From Eledone cirrhosa (Eukaryota): a stretch of DNA of 64,000 nucleotides. A model generated the notes under the pieces. The model saw only the letters and a list, made by a program, of their open reading frames with translations, was not told the origin of the DNA and did no database searches. The stretch covers positions 203,298,001 to 203,362,000 of the forward strand of contig OZ024743.1 of assembly GCA_964016885.1 (NCBI GenBank), in the 5' to 3' direction. A program made the position numbers and the translations under genes. Below, piece by piece: positions 60,856-64,000 of this stretch (the first letter of the stretch is position 1; each line of letters begins with the position of its first letter).

Positions 60856-62265
60856 TCATCTAGCCCCATTTTTACTTGTAGCTAATAAGTTAAATAGCTA
60901 TAACTAACTTAGATAATTATAAGTTACCTCCCCTACATTGTCTCTCAATTAAAAAATGTTTAAATTAGCACTTAACTATAAACTAACCATAATTTCTAAT
61001 CCTGAAACCACCCTCTAATTAGTAAGGTAAATATGTCGTTTGGCAGCCATCTTGTTACCCATAGGCATATCTCACACAATGCAGCTTCGACAGATGAATA
61101 CTGCTTGATTATGGCAGACAACTGATACAACCAGGACGCCATAGTGAAATACCAATATATGGAACATTACATTATGTAACATTCTCTCCTTATTTTAATT
61201 TATATTCCTTTGAAGTTCCAATCAGCCGCTCTGTTTTAAAATATGTGAATTATTTTCAACTGAACCAGATCAATAATGATATATAGTCATATGATCCAGA
61301 AATATTATATGGAGTAGCGAAACAATTGTAAACGGACATTATTATTATTAATATTATTATTATTATTCTCTACATTCCGCACATCAAACTAAAATATGTT
61401 GACAACCTTTTAATAATGTCTTCCTTGTGAAATTTGTGGTCTTGTTTTGCTTAACTAATGAATATATATATATATTATATAGAGTTATAAACTCAAATAG
61501 TCTTTTACAATTAAATAGCTCAAAGAAAGGGATATTTCTGAGCCGTGTAATACAAATCAATATATGATAGGGATAAACACTGATAAAAGTATACAAGTGT
61601 TTGCATTGCAAATGACCAAGTTAGCTAGATTGAAAAATACTAATTAAAATAATACGGTTTGCCTGTCTCGATTTAAAATAATAAATCAATAAAAACAAAC
61701 CTATATTGACAATAGCCGTGATACCTGGACAAATTTAAATTTCAAATTTTAAATTTGTTTCGCAACAATTAAGTGAAATTTCCTATTCCTGTGCTCTTCT
61801 GCTGGTATCCAGAAATTGGTAAGTTTCACTTCAAAATACTTAGGAAGACTGAGATAACTGTGTTGTTGAACGCACATGTATCCCAGCGTCTAGCGCGTCC
61901 TATACTCGTGCCGCTAAAAATAGCAGCCGTTTTTATGGGACTAGAAATTAGCTCAATGCATGGAGCCGAGAATAGTAGATATATATATGTCTATATATGT
62001 ATGTATATAATATATATATATGGATATATATACATACATATATATATATATAAATATATATACATACACATATAGACATATATATATCTACTGCTTCGGC
62101 AGTCTAGGTCTGCAATTCATTCATCCAGTACCTAGCAGACAAATAAGTGCTGCCATAAAATGGGTGGTGCAACCTAACTTTGGTAACTTACTGTACCCGA
62201 GCAACGTCGGGCTTTAATGGTAGTATATATATCTATGTATATATATATGTATATATGTATGTATA

Positions 62266-62364
<99 letters not shown>

Positions 62365-62458
62365 GTATATATATATGTATATATATACATGTATATATAT
62401 ATGTATATGTATACATATGTATATATAGATATATAGATATATATGTATATATATATAC

Positions 62459-62528
<70 letters not shown>

Positions 62529-62785
62529 AAATATATACGTATATATATATGTATATATATATATATATATATATACTATATACTATATATATATGTATAT
62601 ATCTATATGTGTGTGTGTATATATATATAAATGTGTATATATATATATATATGTGTATGTGTGTGTGTGCGTGCGCGTATTTATATATATATATATATAT
62701 ATATATAATACAAAATTTAGTACAGCACCATGGAAGCTCTGGTTGCAGCCAAGCTAACGAATGCAATTTCGGTGTGATTTATGTG

Positions 62786-62899
<114 letters not shown>

Positions 62900-63424
62900 A
62901 ATAAAGATTCAGCGAGAATCGCATCTCGGCGGGCAGGAAAAGCGAAGCGAAACGCTTGTGTATATAGTATATATATATATATATACACACAAATTTTCAA
63001 AGTACATATTTGTCGCTTTCTTTTACGAAACTGCCGAAAGCAAACAAACAATATTTGTGTTAGTTGAAATGAAAGTAGAACTAAATATAGAAAATGCTAG
63101 AAATAAAAGCTGGCAATGGATTATAAAATCATTAGAGATTGTTTATCTTAATGAAATAATGTTTGTTACACTGTCTATAAATGAAGGATGCTTTAGCACT
63201 GTGGTATGCAAGTGTGTGTCTACATGTATGTGTTTGTGATACGATTGAAATAGAGAAATTGATGTAAGGTGATAAAGAAAGAAATCGTGTGTGTGAGCGA
63301 GAAACATAGAAACAAAGAGTTGTGTGGTAGAAATTGAAATAAGATGAGAGTCTCTGTGTGTATGAGAGACTCCATTTGTGAGAGAGTGTGTGAATGTGAG
63401 AGAGACTGAGAATGTTTGAGAGAT

Positions 63425-63495
<71 letters not shown>

Positions 63496-63520
63496 CTGTG
63501 TGAGAGTGTTTGTGGATGTG

Positions 63521-64000
63521 AGAGAGATTGAGAATGTGTGAGAGTGTATGTGAACGTGTGGGAGAGTGTGTGTGAGAGAGTGCCTGAATGTGAGAGAGAT
63601 TGAGAATGTGTGAGTGAGTGTGTGAACGTGTGGGAGAGTGTGTGTGAGAGAGTGCGTGAATATGAGAGAGTTTGAGAATGTGTGAGAGTGTGTGTGAACG
63701 TGTGTGAGAGTGTGTGTGAGAGAGTGCGTGAATGTGAGAGAGATTGAGAATGTGTGAGAGTGTGTGTGAACGTGTGTGAGAGTGTGTGTGAGAGAGTGCG
63801 TGAATATGAGAGAGATTGAGAATGTGTGAGAGTGTGTGTGAACGTGTGGGAGAGTGTGTGTGAGAGAGTGCGTGAATGTGAGAGAGATTGAGAATGTGTG
63901 AGAGTGTGTGTGAACGTGTGTGAGAGTGTGTGTGAGAGAGTGCGTGAATGTGAGAGAGTTTGAGAATGTGTGAGAGTGTGTGTGAACGTGTGGGAGAGTG
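63521..64000. repeat. 72-bp GA/GT-rich minisatellite (at least 6 copies, runs off the window)
   Basis: (A/T)TTGAGAATGTG recurs at 63527, 63599, 63671, 63743 and onward. Confidence 0.9.

Noticed and set aside
63521-64000. CRISPR-like periodicity
   Set aside because: Whole units repeat with no unique spacers; this is a eukaryotic minisatellite.

Overview
AT-rich eukaryotic DNA, very dense in microsatellites, with a 200-N scaffold gap at 7306-7505. It is most likely an octopus or other coleoid cephalopod; this is inferred from the SINE families and repeat landscape. Almost all ORF-track entries are translated microsatellites. The only credible host-gene signal is one 102-nt phase-0 exon (26766-26867, +), so the window is probably largely intronic. 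The remaining coding signal is decayed retrotransposons. These are Penelope-like elements (PLEs) of two types (one with a CxCx5C motif before the GIY-YIG, Hydra-clade-like; one with a GAAIG-type RT and CxxxxCxxC), RTE LINEs (one 5'-inverted), R4/Dong-like RLE fragments in a (TACA)n array, and a CRE-like fragment. There are also about 20 tRNA-derived SINEs and DNA-transposon/Helentron ends. The most striking unannotated structure is about 30 type I hammerhead-ribozyme (HHR) motifs, intact or degenerate, from a dozen or more sequence-unrelated short families. Nearly all are inserted in (TA)n and most form fold-back palindromes whose turning point coincides with a hammerhead helix. All motifs were parsed by eye and none was verified computationally; boundaries are approximate.
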